Shown here piece by piece: positions 10,081 through 18,652 of a stretch of DNA of 64,000 nucleotides. The notes beneath the pieces were generated by a model, which saw only the letters and a program-made list of their open reading frames with translations, was not told where the DNA came from and made no database searches. Made by a program: the position numbers and the translations under genes. Origin of the DNA: Candidatus Omnitrophota bacterium (GTDB lineage: Bacteria; Omnitrophota; Gorgyraeia; Zapsychrales; JANLHA01); contig JAKLFA010000003.1 of assembly GCA_022711395.1 (NCBI GenBank), positions 98,509-162,508 on the forward strand. The letters are read 5' to 3'. Position 1 is the stretch's first letter. Every line of letters starts with the position of its first letter.

Positions 10081-11756
10081 ACCATTTTGTCCGTGATGTC
10101 GTTCGAAAAAGCGACGAACGTGTTCAACGTCGGAAAATAGGGCGGCGCTTCCCCAAACCGCATGCGTTCATCATAAACAAAGTTCCGCCCGTATCCGGAT
10201 GTCGGCTGTCCCGTGGTCCCGTTAAATTGGCCGAAAGCCCCATAGCTGTCCGTGATCGCTCCGCCCAAAAGGGTCGCCGTTCCGCGGGGGGCCCCGCTGT
10301 CATAATTGTCGACCTGAAAGACCCCGTTGGTCGCCAGGACCGTCCCGTGGACCTGGACATTGTTCGGGGCCGAGGTGCCGATCCGCACATCCCCCTGCCA
10401 GGAAATGACCCCCAGCAGGTTCTCGGTCCCCATCGCCGACGGCGCGGAATAATCCGTGTCCCCCGGGGTTCCGACCGCCGGAGTATGATCCTGATATGTC
10501 ACATTATTGGTGATCACAATATCATCGGCGCTGGCGACCGTGACCTTCGAGTTCGCCTGGACCTGGCCGCGAAAGCTCGTGATCTGCCCGTCTACATAGA
10601 CCAGCGTCCCCACGTCATCGACCCCGTCCGGAAGCCCTTCATAAACGCTCGACTGTCCCGTGGCGCTGTCAAAGACGGTCGTCTGGTTGCTGTTCTTGTC
10701 AACCGTGACCCGTTTAAACGCGCCCCCCTGGGTCACCGTGTAGACCGGACGGCTGCTGCCGTCAACGGACATTTCGACCGCCCCATTACCCTTGACGTAA
10801 ATCCCCCCGGTCAATTTTCCACCCTGGCTGGGAACATAGATCCCCTGATTATTGTATTTTTTCTTTCCGGTCGCCTGATCGACCATATTCGCCTGTTTGG
10901 TGGATGAATTCAGGCTGACCGCCGGCACATTCCGGTCGAAATCATCCTGTAAGATGGGGACGTCTTTCGTCCCATTGTGGTCGCTGTTAAGCAAGACCGG
11001 CGATCCATCATTGTAAAAACGCGCGGTTGTTTCCTTTTGGGAGATCGCCTGCTCGAAGGTGCCGCTGGGGTTGAGGGCGAAATTGAAGCGTCCGTTGGTG
11101 TGGACCGGGCCGGCAAAATTGGTCTTATCCGTGAACCACACATGCGTCCCCGAAGGCATGGTCTGCTCATTGGTAAAAAGGGCGTATTTGGCGAAATTGT
11201 CGCGCTGGACCCGGACCGTGAAATCCCCCCGCAGGGTGATCGAGGAGGAGAACGCTCCGGACGTGCCGCTGGCCGTGATCGTGTAGGTGTAGGGAAAATC
11301 CCAGCTGTCCACGCCCACGGAATACGGGTCTTGCTTTTCGGTCATCAGGATCTCGTATTGATACGGTTTGTTGCCGAAGGACCCCCCTCCGTAATACATG
11401 GCCTGCTCACCGTCCTGGGTCAGGACCCCCACATTATTTTCACGGACAGAATAGACCAGCCACCCCAGCCCGTCTTTGGAGGAGACCTTGCTCATGGAAA
11501 AGCTCAAAACCCCGCTGGGGGCGGCCATGGAGATCGTGTCCATCAAAAAATCATTGATCAGCGTGTCGACCTGTTTGAGGGCGACCTGCGCGGCGCCGTT
11601 GGCCGTATAAAAAGCCCTGGTCATTTCCCGGTCCAAAGTGGCCATGTTATTTTCATGCACCGCGGCCAGCAGAAAAAGCCCGGTCAGGCCGAAAACAAAG
11701 AGCAAAAAGAACAAGGCCATGATGATCGCCATTCCCCGTTCGCTGGAAAGTCTCAT
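10062..11756 (-). CDS. Type IV pilus assembly PilX-like protein (PilX_N domain, 564 aa)
   Basis: N-terminus MRLSSERGMAIIMALFFLLFVFGLTGLFLLAA matches the PilX N-terminal motif (RG followed by a hydrophobic helix). An AGGAGG RBS lies upstream. The large Thr/Gly/Asn-rich extracellular domain is adhesin-like. Position is immediately after the PilW-like gene. Confidence 0.7.
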   Translation of the reverse strand: MRLSSERGMAIIMALFFLLFVFGLTGLFLLAAVHENNMATLDREMTRAFYTANGAAQVALKQVDTLINDFLMDTISMAAPSGVLSFSMSKVSSKDGLGWLVYSVRENNVGVLTQDGEQAMYYGGGSFGNKPYQYEILMTEKQDPYSVGVDSWDFPYTYTITASGTSGAFSSSITLRGDFTVRVQRDNFAKYALFTNEQTMPSGTHVWFTDKTNFAGPVHTNGRFNFALNPSGTFEQAISQKETTARFYNDGSPVLLNSDHNGTKDVPILQDDFDRNVPAVSLNSSTKQANMVDQATGKKKYNNQGIYVPSQGGKLTGGIYVKGNGAVEMSVDGSSRPVYTVTQGGAFKRVTVDKNSNQTTVFDSATGQSSVYEGLPDGVDDVGTLVYVDGQITSFRGQVQANSKVTVASADDIVITNNVTYQDHTPAVGTPGDTDYSAPSAMGTENLLGVISWQGDVRIGTSAPNNVQVHGTVLATNGVFQVDNYDSGAPRGTATLLGGAITDSYGAFGQFNGTTGQPTSGYGRNFVYDERMRFGEAPPYFPTLNTFVAFSNDITDKMVWKAGD

Positions 11757-11769
11757 TTTCGCTCCTCCT

Positions 11770-12543
11770 TCAATTACGTAAGATCACATCCAGGCTGTGC
11801 GTCATGGTCACCTCCCGGCCCTGCGAAGCGGTCTGCGACAACTCCGCCGTTAAGCTCACCGAAGACGTGCCCGCGGCCTCCGCCTGAAAATCCTCTATCC
11901 CGTCGGCGACAACGTCCTGCGAGATCAAAGAAAGGTCCTGCCTCAGGACCCTGCGCACGAACGTCCCGCCCGTAACAATGCGGTATTCCACATAACGGTT
12001 CGTATAATCCTGCGGATCGCAGTCCTCACAGTCCCCGATCCAGTCCCCATGCGCCAAATGGCTCTTGACCGCGTTCTCGCTCACGTTGATGGTGTGGGCG
12101 TTCTCAGGATTACCCGGCGGCAAATGGCAGACATCCACTTTGCCGTTATGGTCCGTTGGATACTGCTGCGAACATCCGGATTGCCCCCACTGGAACGGTG
12201 CCCCCCAGGCGTAGACCTCCCCGTCTTCATCCATCGGCTGGACTCCGCAAGGGCAGATCGGGACCGAAAAACGCAAAATATCACTTCCGTTGATGCCGGC
12301 GCCATCCAAAACAAAGACCTGGAAGACCCCGTTTTCGTCGGTGCCGGATTCCTGAAGCTCAGCGGAAACGCGCTGCATCATGCGCCGGAGGCTCTCCTGC
12401 ATGCGGATATTGGAATCCATGACGGTCCAGATGGACTGTCCGGAAATAAAGACCATCGATCCCGCGGCCACGATCACCGAGAACAAAAGCGTCACGATCA
12501 TGACCTCCGCCAATGTAAAACCGCTTCTTGATCCCACCTTCAT
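11770..12543 (-). CDS. Type IV pilus minor pilin, PilW-like (prepilin-type N-terminal cleavage/methylation domain)
   Basis: N-terminus MKVGSRSGFTLAEVMIVTLLFSVIVAAG has the G-F-T-L-A-E prepilin peptidase signature. Confidence 0.75.
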   Translation of the reverse strand: MKVGSRSGFTLAEVMIVTLLFSVIVAAGSMVFISGQSIWTVMDSNIRMQESLRRMMQRVSAELQESGTDENGVFQVFVLDGAGINGSDILRFSVPICPCGVQPMDEDGEVYAWGAPFQWGQSGCSQQYPTDHNGKVDVCHLPPGNPENAHTINVSENAVKSHLAHGDWIGDCEDCDPQDYTNRYVEYRIVTGGTFVRRVLRQDLSLISQDVVADGIEDFQAEAAGTSSVSLTAELSQTASQGREVTMTHSLDVILRN

Positions 12544-12547
12544 CCTC

Positions 12548-13033
12548 CTAGAAATTGGAGACCCGCGTCACCACGGTCACCGGCGAATCCAGCATGCCAT
12601 TACTGTTGGCGTCTTCTCCGCCGTCGAGCTGTCCGTCCAGGTCCTTATCCTCACCCATCACGCGCCCGTTTTTTTCCTTCCAGCACAATGTCGCCGTCAC
12701 GGTCAGCATGTCCGGCTCCGTGTCATCAATATACGTAACGCCCATGGCGTTCAAGCCCGCGGGCGCAAAGGTCACATTGTGGAACGTGTTCTTGATCTGA
12801 TCGAACGGCGTGTTCTCGATCTGCGTGACCTTGCTTTTGATCTCCCGCACCGCTTCGGAAGAATGCCTCGCCAGCTCGCTCAGCTCCACGCATTTGATGA
12901 ACACGTAAATGGTCGCAACGCACACGGGGATCAGGATCAAGACCGCGATCAGGATCTCCGCCAGCGTAAAACCGGTTTTTGTCCGTAGCCTCATCAGACC
13001 TCCCGCCCTGTTGCCTGTTTTAATATCCTTCAT
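12548..13033 (-). CDS. Type IV pilus minor pilin, PilV-like (prepilin-type N-terminal domain)
   Basis: KTGFTLAEILIAVLILIPV prepilin motif. The likely true start is the internal Met at 12994 (MRLRTKTG|FTLAE), giving a short leader. Confidence 0.7.
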   Translation of the reverse strand: MKDIKTGNRAGGLMRLRTKTGFTLAEILIAVLILIPVCVATIYVFIKCVELSELARHSSEAVREIKSKVTQIENTPFDQIKNTFHNVTFAPAGLNAMGVTYIDDTEPDMLTVTATLCWKEKNGRVMGEDKDLDGQLDGGEDANSNGMLDSPVTVVTRVSNF

Positions 13034-13079
13034 AAAATAAAAAGCCCACCTGGATTATAATAAACCATTCCAGATGGGT
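13034..13079 (-). terminator. Intrinsic terminator on the minus strand
   Basis: Minus-strand hairpin CCCAUCUGGA-(loop)-UCCAGGUGGG (9 of 10 bp) followed by CUUUUUAUUUU. Confidence 0.6.
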
Positions 13080-13215
13080 CAAAGTAAAACCCACTTTTCC
13101 TTGGCTGTGGCAGCTGGCTGCCCAGCTCATCCTTCCGGATAAACCCGGGCCCTGTAGCTTTGTGCCCCATCCTTACGAATGGTTTACCTTTGTTCAACAG
13201 CTCGATATATTACTA
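13080..13215 (-). ncRNA. Candidate small structured RNA (possibly SRP/4.5S-like), or a structured 3' UTR of the CoA-binding gene
   Basis: No ORF. The minus-strand sequence contains UCCGGAAGGAUGAGC (GGAA tetraloop context) and AGCCAAGG, resembling the E. coli 4.5S domain IV UCCGGAAGGAAGCAGCCAAGG. It is followed directly by an intrinsic terminator. Confidence 0.3.
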
Positions 13216-13252
13216 AAAAATCCTTCGATTTAAGTATACCATATTTGATCCA

Positions 13253-13612
13253 TCAAAATCTGCCGGTCTTAAGCAGGACCAGGGTGCAGGCGTTGAGCGT
13301 CTCGATGCCTTCTCGCCGCGCCGCTTCTTCCAGCGCAAGGTTCTCGGCCCCGGGATTAAAGATGATCCGGCGAGGCCTTTTTGCAAGGATGCTTTCCGCC
13401 ATGGCATTGGAAATATCCGCGTTCACATAGAGCGTCACCGTGTCGATGGCATCCTGGATCTCTTCCAGAGAAGAAAAAACCGCGATCCCCTGTATGCCTT
13501 TCACTCTTCGATGAACAGGGTAGACCCTGTGGCCGGCGCCCTTTAAAAGCAGGACCGCCTGATAGGAATATCGTTCCGGTTTGTCTGAAGCCCCGATCAC
13601 AGCCACGTTCAT
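13253..13612 (-). CDS. CoA-binding domain protein (YccU-like)
   Basis: MNVAVIGASDKPERYSYQAV is the classic CoA-binding (Rossmann-like) N-terminus. Protein length 119 aa. Confidence 0.75.
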   Translation of the reverse strand: MNVAVIGASDKPERYSYQAVLLLKGAGHRVYPVHRRVKGIQGIAVFSSLEEIQDAIDTVTLYVNADISNAMAESILAKRPRRIIFNPGAENLALEEAARREGIETLNACTLVLLKTGRF

Positions 13613-13616
13613 CAGC

Positions 13617-14192
13617 CTAGTCCTTCAAACGGATCTTCCGTAAAGTCGCGCCTTCAAGACCTGAGCGCAGTTCATCCAAAGCTTTGCGCGCGGTCAAGAT
13701 CCTCGCGCTTTCGTCCGGCTCTTGAGCGACCTTTAAATAACTTTCAAAAAATTCGCGCGCCTGCCCGTCATGTCCGTCGCGGCAATACTGATACGCCAGC
13801 CAGTAATACGGCGGGGCATACGACGGGTTGGCTTCGACCGCCTTCTTGAGATATCCTTCGCCTTGAGGCTCCCCCAGATAGAACAGCGCCAGCCGGTACC
13901 ACGCCATAAAAAGGCCCGGATCCAGCGCGACCGCCTCTTTTAAATGATCGATGGCCCGCTCTTCCTCCCCGAATTCCGCGTAGGTCATTCCCATCGTCAT
14001 ATGGAATTCCGCCGTGCTTCTGCCTTCTTCCCGCATGCGCTGCCACAGGGCCCCTTCGATCTTGCTGAAATCCACCGTTTCCTCGGCGAACGACACCGTG
14101 CTGATCAATGCTCCGATCAGCGCCGCGATCACAAAAATCATCCTCATCGTCTTCACCGCTCTTCCTGGACAAGGGGCAGCGTCCCCCGTCAA
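13617..14192 (-). CDS. Secreted tetratricopeptide-repeat protein
   Basis: Signal peptide (MRMIFVIAALIGALISTVSFA; likely start near 14147). TPR-like W/Y/L-A-Y pattern (AWYRLALFY, YYWLAYQY). Confidence 0.65.
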   Translation of the reverse strand: MTGDAAPCPGRAVKTMRMIFVIAALIGALISTVSFAEETVDFSKIEGALWQRMREEGRSTAEFHMTMGMTYAEFGEEERAIDHLKEAVALDPGLFMAWYRLALFYLGEPQGEGYLKKAVEANPSYAPPYYWLAYQYCRDGHDGQAREFFESYLKVAQEPDESARILTARKALDELRSGLEGATLRKIRLKD

Positions 14193-14197
14193 GTTCC

Positions 14198-14578
14198 CTA
14201 TTTAAAATACGCCATGGCCTGAGCGCTTGCCAGCACGGCGCCCTCCTGATCGGTCACAACGATCCTGTATGTCCCCAGCTTTCTGCTTCTTGAAACAAGT
14301 TCTGCCTCGGCAAAAAGTTCATCCCCGGGCCGGCCGGCCTTGGTGAACTGAATGCCGGCATTGATCCCCAAACCCGGCGTTTCCCCGGAATTGGCGGCCA
14401 GCGCGAAGGCGTAATCCGCCAGTGAAAATATGACCCCGCCGTGAGCCAGGCCTGCGCCGTTTAAAAATTCCGGGCGGACTGCCAGCCGGACTTTCGCGTG
14501 ATCATCTTTTAAAGACACAACCTCGATGCCCAGATAACGGGCGAATGGGTCTTTCAAGGCGGGATTTTCGGCAGCCAT
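14198..14578 (-). CDS. PaaI-family hotdog-fold thioesterase
   Basis: LHGGVIFSLADYAFALAAN hotdog thioesterase core motif. Size 126 aa. Confidence 0.85.
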   Translation of the reverse strand: MAAENPALKDPFARYLGIEVVSLKDDHAKVRLAVRPEFLNGAGLAHGGVIFSLADYAFALAANSGETPGLGINAGIQFTKAGRPGDELFAEAELVSRSRKLGTYRIVVTDQEGAVLASAQAMAYFK

Positions 14579-14598
14579 CTCTCAGCGCTCCTTTGCGG

Positions 14599-15030
14599 TT
14601 ACAAACCCTGAACTTCCTTTTTCCCCAGGACGCGGATGCTGTTTTTGGTCAACACAGCGATCGCCCTGTCGGGATCATCGAAGCGGAAGACCACAATGGC
14701 CTTGTCCGCGTTCTTTTCGCTGAAGGCGTACATGTATTCCAGATTGATATCATTGTCATTCAAGACCTTCAGGACCGCCGCCAGCCCACCGGGCTGATCC
14801 GAGACTTCCACGGCGACAATATCGGTGATCGAAGCCACCAGGCCGTCTTTCTTTAAGGCCTCCAGCGCCTCATCGGGCTTGTTGACGACCATGCGCAGCA
14901 CGCCGAAATCCTCGCTCTCGGCGATCGTCAGGGCCTTAATATCGATCCCCGCGCTTCCCAGGACACGGGCCGCGTCGTAAAGCCGCCCTTTTTTATTTTC
15001 CAAAAACACCGAAAGCTGAGTGACCTTCAT
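14599..15030 (-). CDS. ACT domain-containing protein
   Basis: Two ACT-like halves. The likely start is an internal Met (MKVTQLSVFLENKKGRL) with a GGAG RBS. This protein is commonly encoded downstream of paaK. Confidence 0.7.
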   Translation of the reverse strand: MKVTQLSVFLENKKGRLYDAARVLGSAGIDIKALTIAESEDFGVLRMVVNKPDEALEALKKDGLVASITDIVAVEVSDQPGGLAAVLKVLNDNDINLEYMYAFSEKNADKAIVVFRFDDPDRAIAVLTKNSIRVLGKKEVQGL

Positions 15031-15040
15031 GATCTGCTCC

Positions 15041-16342
15041 TTAAATGGATCGTTTATCAATGACGCGTTTGGCCTTGCCTTCGCTGCGTTCAATGGTCTT
15101 GGGTTCCACCAGGCGGACCTTCACGCCGACGCCCAGGACGGTTTCGATCTCCTTGGCCACGTGCTGTTCAAAACTCTGCAGCTGTTTGACCTCGTCCGAA
15201 AAGAACGACGGCTCCAGTTCGACCAGGACCTCCAGCCGGTCCAGCCCGCTCTTTTCGCGGTCAATGACCAGCTGATAATGCGGCTGGGTGCCTTCAATGG
15301 CCAGAAGGACCTCTTCGATCTGCGACGGGAACACATTGATCCCGCGCACAATGATCATGTCGTCCGTCCTGCCTAAAACCTTACTGATGCGCGGGGACGT
15401 CCGTCCGCAGGCGCACGGAGCATGGTCGATGGTGACAATATCTCTCGTCCGGTAACGGATGAGCGGCATCCCGGCCTTGGTGATCGGGGTCAGGACCAGT
15501 TCCCCCGGGCATCCGCTCGCCAAGGGCTCGAGCGTCTTGGGATCGATCACCTCCGGATAAAAAACATCCGCCGGCACATGCAGCCCCTTTTTCAAATGGC
15601 ATTCACAGGCGACCCCGGGACCGATGATCTCGGAAAGCCCGTAAATATCGATCGCGCTGATGTTCCAGGCCTTCTCGATCTCTTTGCGCATCGCCTCGCT
15701 CCAGGGCTCGGCGCCGAAAATGCCGATCTGCCAGCTGCTTAAGCGGGGATCGACCCCCAGTTCCCTGGCGGTCTCAGCCATGTAGAGCGCATACGACGGC
15801 GTGCAGGCCAGGATCCTGGGTTTAAAATCGTTCATGATCTTCAGCTGCCGTTTGGTCTGGCCCGAGGAGCAGGGGATGACGGTCAGCCCCAGCTTCAAAC
15901 TCCCGTAATGCAGGCCCAGCCCGCCGGTAAAAAGCCCGTAACCGTAAGCGACCTGGATCATGTCCCCGGCTTCTGCCCCGGCGCAGCACAAAGAGCGCGC
16001 GATCACATCCGCCCACAGATCGATATCCTCCCGGGAATATCCGACGACCGTGGGGTTGCCGGTCGTGCCGCTCGACACATGGATCTCCTGGATGGCCTCC
16101 ATCGGTTCAATAAAAAGGCCGAACGGATAATGGTCGCGCAGGTCGTCCTTGACCGTGAACGGGAGCTTGACGATATCGTCGATCGTTTTGATATCAGACG
16201 GCGAAACGCCCGACTCCGCCATCTTCTTCTGATAGAACGGTGATTTCGCATGGATATTGGCGACAAAATTTTTAAGGCGTTCTCCCTGCAGCTCTTTGAG
16301 CTTTGCGTTTGGAAGGCATTCGATGCGTTCATTAAAGATCAT
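15041..16342 (-). CDS. paaK: Phenylacetate-CoA ligase
   Basis: AMP-binding SSGTTGNPT motif and PaaK-type N-terminus (MIFNERIECLPNAKLKELQGERLK). The ORF track extends to 16360, but the second Met fits PaaK homologs. Confidence 0.85.
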   Translation of the reverse strand: MIFNERIECLPNAKLKELQGERLKNFVANIHAKSPFYQKKMAESGVSPSDIKTIDDIVKLPFTVKDDLRDHYPFGLFIEPMEAIQEIHVSSGTTGNPTVVGYSREDIDLWADVIARSLCCAGAEAGDMIQVAYGYGLFTGGLGLHYGSLKLGLTVIPCSSGQTKRQLKIMNDFKPRILACTPSYALYMAETARELGVDPRLSSWQIGIFGAEPWSEAMRKEIEKAWNISAIDIYGLSEIIGPGVACECHLKKGLHVPADVFYPEVIDPKTLEPLASGCPGELVLTPITKAGMPLIRYRTRDIVTIDHAPCACGRTSPRISKVLGRTDDMIIVRGINVFPSQIEEVLLAIEGTQPHYQLVIDREKSGLDRLEVLVELEPSFFSDEVKQLQSFEQHVAKEIETVLGVGVKVRLVEPKTIERSEGKAKRVIDKRSI

Positions 16343-16832
16343 GGCGTTGCCCCTCTTCACGTCCGCTTAAAAAGAATTTCCGGTTCTGCTGCTGCTCTTT
16401 TTTGAATTTTTGGTCCAGGGCCCAAAGCCAGCTTTCTTCCCGGATGTCCAGGAACGCAGACAGAACTCCCAGCATGTAAGTATTCAAAAATAATTTCTTC
16501 TCGCCGACGGCTTTCTGCGCCTTTTCAAGGTACGGAACAAGGTCTTTCCCCTTGGGCTTGACCTCATCTTTGAGCCGGGGATACTCCTGCTTGTGCAGGC
16601 AGACGATCACATCACAGTCGTTCGATAAGGGCAAGGGCGAATGCACCCGTTCGCCGAACCGGACGTAGGACTCGACCGACCCGCCGCGCTGGGCCATGCC
16701 TTTGACCTCGGATTTCTTGACATGATATCCGTCGATCATGGCCGCCAGCGCGCAGACCTCCGCCGCTGTCAGCACCCCCTGTCCGCCGATCCCGTAAAAC
16801 AGAACATTGGTCGTCTTGCGTGTCTTTTTCAT
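16332..16832 (-). CDS. iorB: Indolepyruvate ferredoxin oxidoreductase beta subunit
   Basis: 166 aa. YGIGGQGVLTAAEV is the pyruvate/ketoisovalerate oxidoreductase gamma-like domain. It sits immediately after iorA. Confidence 0.8.
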   Translation of the reverse strand: MKKTRKTTNVLFYGIGGQGVLTAAEVCALAAMIDGYHVKKSEVKGMAQRGGSVESYVRFGERVHSPLPLSNDCDVIVCLHKQEYPRLKDEVKPKGKDLVPYLEKAQKAVGEKKLFLNTYMLGVLSAFLDIREESWLWALDQKFKKEQQQNRKFFLSGREEGQRHDL

Positions 16833-18586
16833 CAGCTCCGGTCCTGCTTTTTCTTTAAGGAGATCGCGTCAAATTTGCAGACCTGTTTGCACAGCCCGCA
16901 TCCGACGCAAAGCGCTTCATTGATCGTGATCATGCCGTCCACCCCTTCAAGGATCGCCGGGCAGTCCAGCATCAGGCATTGGCGGCATTTCTTGCATTTC
17001 TGAGCGTCGATCTCAAAGACCGCGCTGCGCGAGCGGTCCACCATTTTGCAGGGCGCGCGCACAATGATCACCGAAAGCTTGTCCTCAGCCAGCCGCGTTT
17101 TCAGCAAGGCCTGAAACCCGTCCATCTCGTAAGGGTTCAGAACATCGACCTGGTCCGCGCCGGCCGCTCCGCAGAGCTTTTCGATCGAAACCCGCCGTGT
17201 TTCTTTGCCCTGCAGGGTCACCCCTGTCCCGGGGTTCTGCTGCCCGCCGGTCATGGCCGTGATCGCGTTGTCCATGATCACGATGACACCCTTCGCGCCG
17301 TTATACGCGGCGCTGATCAGTCCGTTGATGCCCGTGTGGATGAACGTCGAATCCCCGATCACCGCCACCGCCTTCTCGCCGTCCTGCATCTTGCCCATGC
17401 CTTCAAAAAACGGAATGCTCGCCCCCATGCAGATCTGCGTGTGGAGCGCCGCCAGCGGTTCCAAAGCGCCCAGCGTGTAGCAGCCGATATCGCCGGTGAC
17501 GTAGACCCCGGCTTTTTTGAGCGTGCGGAACGCCGGGCGGTGCGGGCAACCCGGGCACAAAAGCGGGCGCCGGGCCTTGGCCGCCGCGGCCTCGCGCTCC
17601 TTGCCCTTCACGATCGCCTTGACCGCTTGCGGGCTCAGCTCTCCGCAGCGCCAGGACGGCTTTTTCCCGACGGCACGAATGCCTTCCTGTTTGAGTTTCT
17701 CTTCAATGAACGGCTCCAGCTCCTCGATGACATACAGCTTTTCGACCTTGCCCGCGAATGTCTTCATCAGCTTGACCGGGAACGGAAACGGCATGCCCAG
17801 CGTCAAAAAAGACGCGTTGGGAAAAGCCTCTTTGGCATACAGCGCTGCCACCCCGCTGACGATAAACCCGACTTTACGGTCATTGAGTTCTATTCTGTTC
17901 AAAGGCGTCTTCTCGGAAAGATCCTGCAAGGCCATCAGCCGCCGCTCGAGGTCCACATGCCTGGGACGGGCGTGGCCGGGGATCATGACATATTTTTTCG
18001 GGTCTTTTTGAACGGACTTTTTAAGGTTCTCCCGCTTCAAGACGGCGTCAAACGATTCCTTGGTGTGCGAGATGCGCGTGGTCACGCGAAAAAGGACCGG
18101 CACATCGAACTGCTCGCTGATCTTAAACGCCTCGCCGATGAAGGCATAGGCCTCCGATGGGCTCGACGGTTCCAGCAGCGGGACCTTGGCATACGGCGCG
18201 ACACGGCGCGTGTCCTGCTCATTTTGGGAAGAATGCATGCCCGGATCATCCGCCACGACCGCCACAAACCCCGCGTTGACCCCGCTGTAGGCGGTGGTCA
18301 TCAACGGGTCCATCGCCACATTGAGCCCGACGTGTTTGCAGGCTGTCAGGGCCCTGCGGCCCGCGATGCAGGCGCCGAAAGCCGCTTCATAAGCTACTTT
18401 CTCGTTGACGGCCCACTGGGCCTCCAGTTCCGGAAAGGCCCCCATGGTCTCTAAAATTTCAGTCGAAGGCGTGCCCGGATAGGCCGAGGCAAAACAGACC
18501 CCTGCCGCCCTGGCACCCCAGGCCACGGCTTCATTGCCGGACAACAAGACTTTTTGCTGCGTTAATGGCTTATTCATGCGGTTCAA
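16832..18586 (-). CDS. iorA: Indolepyruvate ferredoxin oxidoreductase alpha subunit
   Basis: TPP-binding domains and two 4Fe-4S ferredoxin motifs (CKKCRQCLMLDCP, CVGCGLCKQVC). Length 584 aa. Confidence 0.85.
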   Translation of the reverse strand: MNRMNKPLTQQKVLLSGNEAVAWGARAAGVCFASAYPGTPSTEILETMGAFPELEAQWAVNEKVAYEAAFGACIAGRRALTACKHVGLNVAMDPLMTTAYSGVNAGFVAVVADDPGMHSSQNEQDTRRVAPYAKVPLLEPSSPSEAYAFIGEAFKISEQFDVPVLFRVTTRISHTKESFDAVLKRENLKKSVQKDPKKYVMIPGHARPRHVDLERRLMALQDLSEKTPLNRIELNDRKVGFIVSGVAALYAKEAFPNASFLTLGMPFPFPVKLMKTFAGKVEKLYVIEELEPFIEEKLKQEGIRAVGKKPSWRCGELSPQAVKAIVKGKEREAAAAKARRPLLCPGCPHRPAFRTLKKAGVYVTGDIGCYTLGALEPLAALHTQICMGASIPFFEGMGKMQDGEKAVAVIGDSTFIHTGINGLISAAYNGAKGVIVIMDNAITAMTGGQQNPGTGVTLQGKETRRVSIEKLCGAAGADQVDVLNPYEMDGFQALLKTRLAEDKLSVIIVRAPCKMVDRSRSAVFEIDAQKCKKCRQCLMLDCPAILEGVDGMITINEALCVGCGLCKQVCKFDAISLKKKQDRS

Positions 18587-18652
18587 CTCTTGAAATGCGA
18601 ATTGAATGTTTATTATATCGATTTATCCGCAAAGGACAACTAAAAGATTGTC

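Noticed and set aside
10023-11975. Plus-strand ORFs 10023..10907 and 10977..11975.
   Set aside because: They are antisense to the PilX-like gene and are Arg/Gly/Pro-rich, typical of GC-rich antisense frames.
16979-18454. 491-aa plus-strand ORF.
   Set aside because: It is antisense to iorA, which has clear TPP and ferredoxin motifs. It is Arg/His-rich with GC-frame artefact composition.
18587-18652. Hairpin AGGACAA-N8-TTGTCCT after carB, considered as a terminator.
   Set aside because: On the carB strand it is not followed by a U-run. A TATAAT box for iorA lies nearby, so it is more likely part of the promoter region. It is too weak to call.
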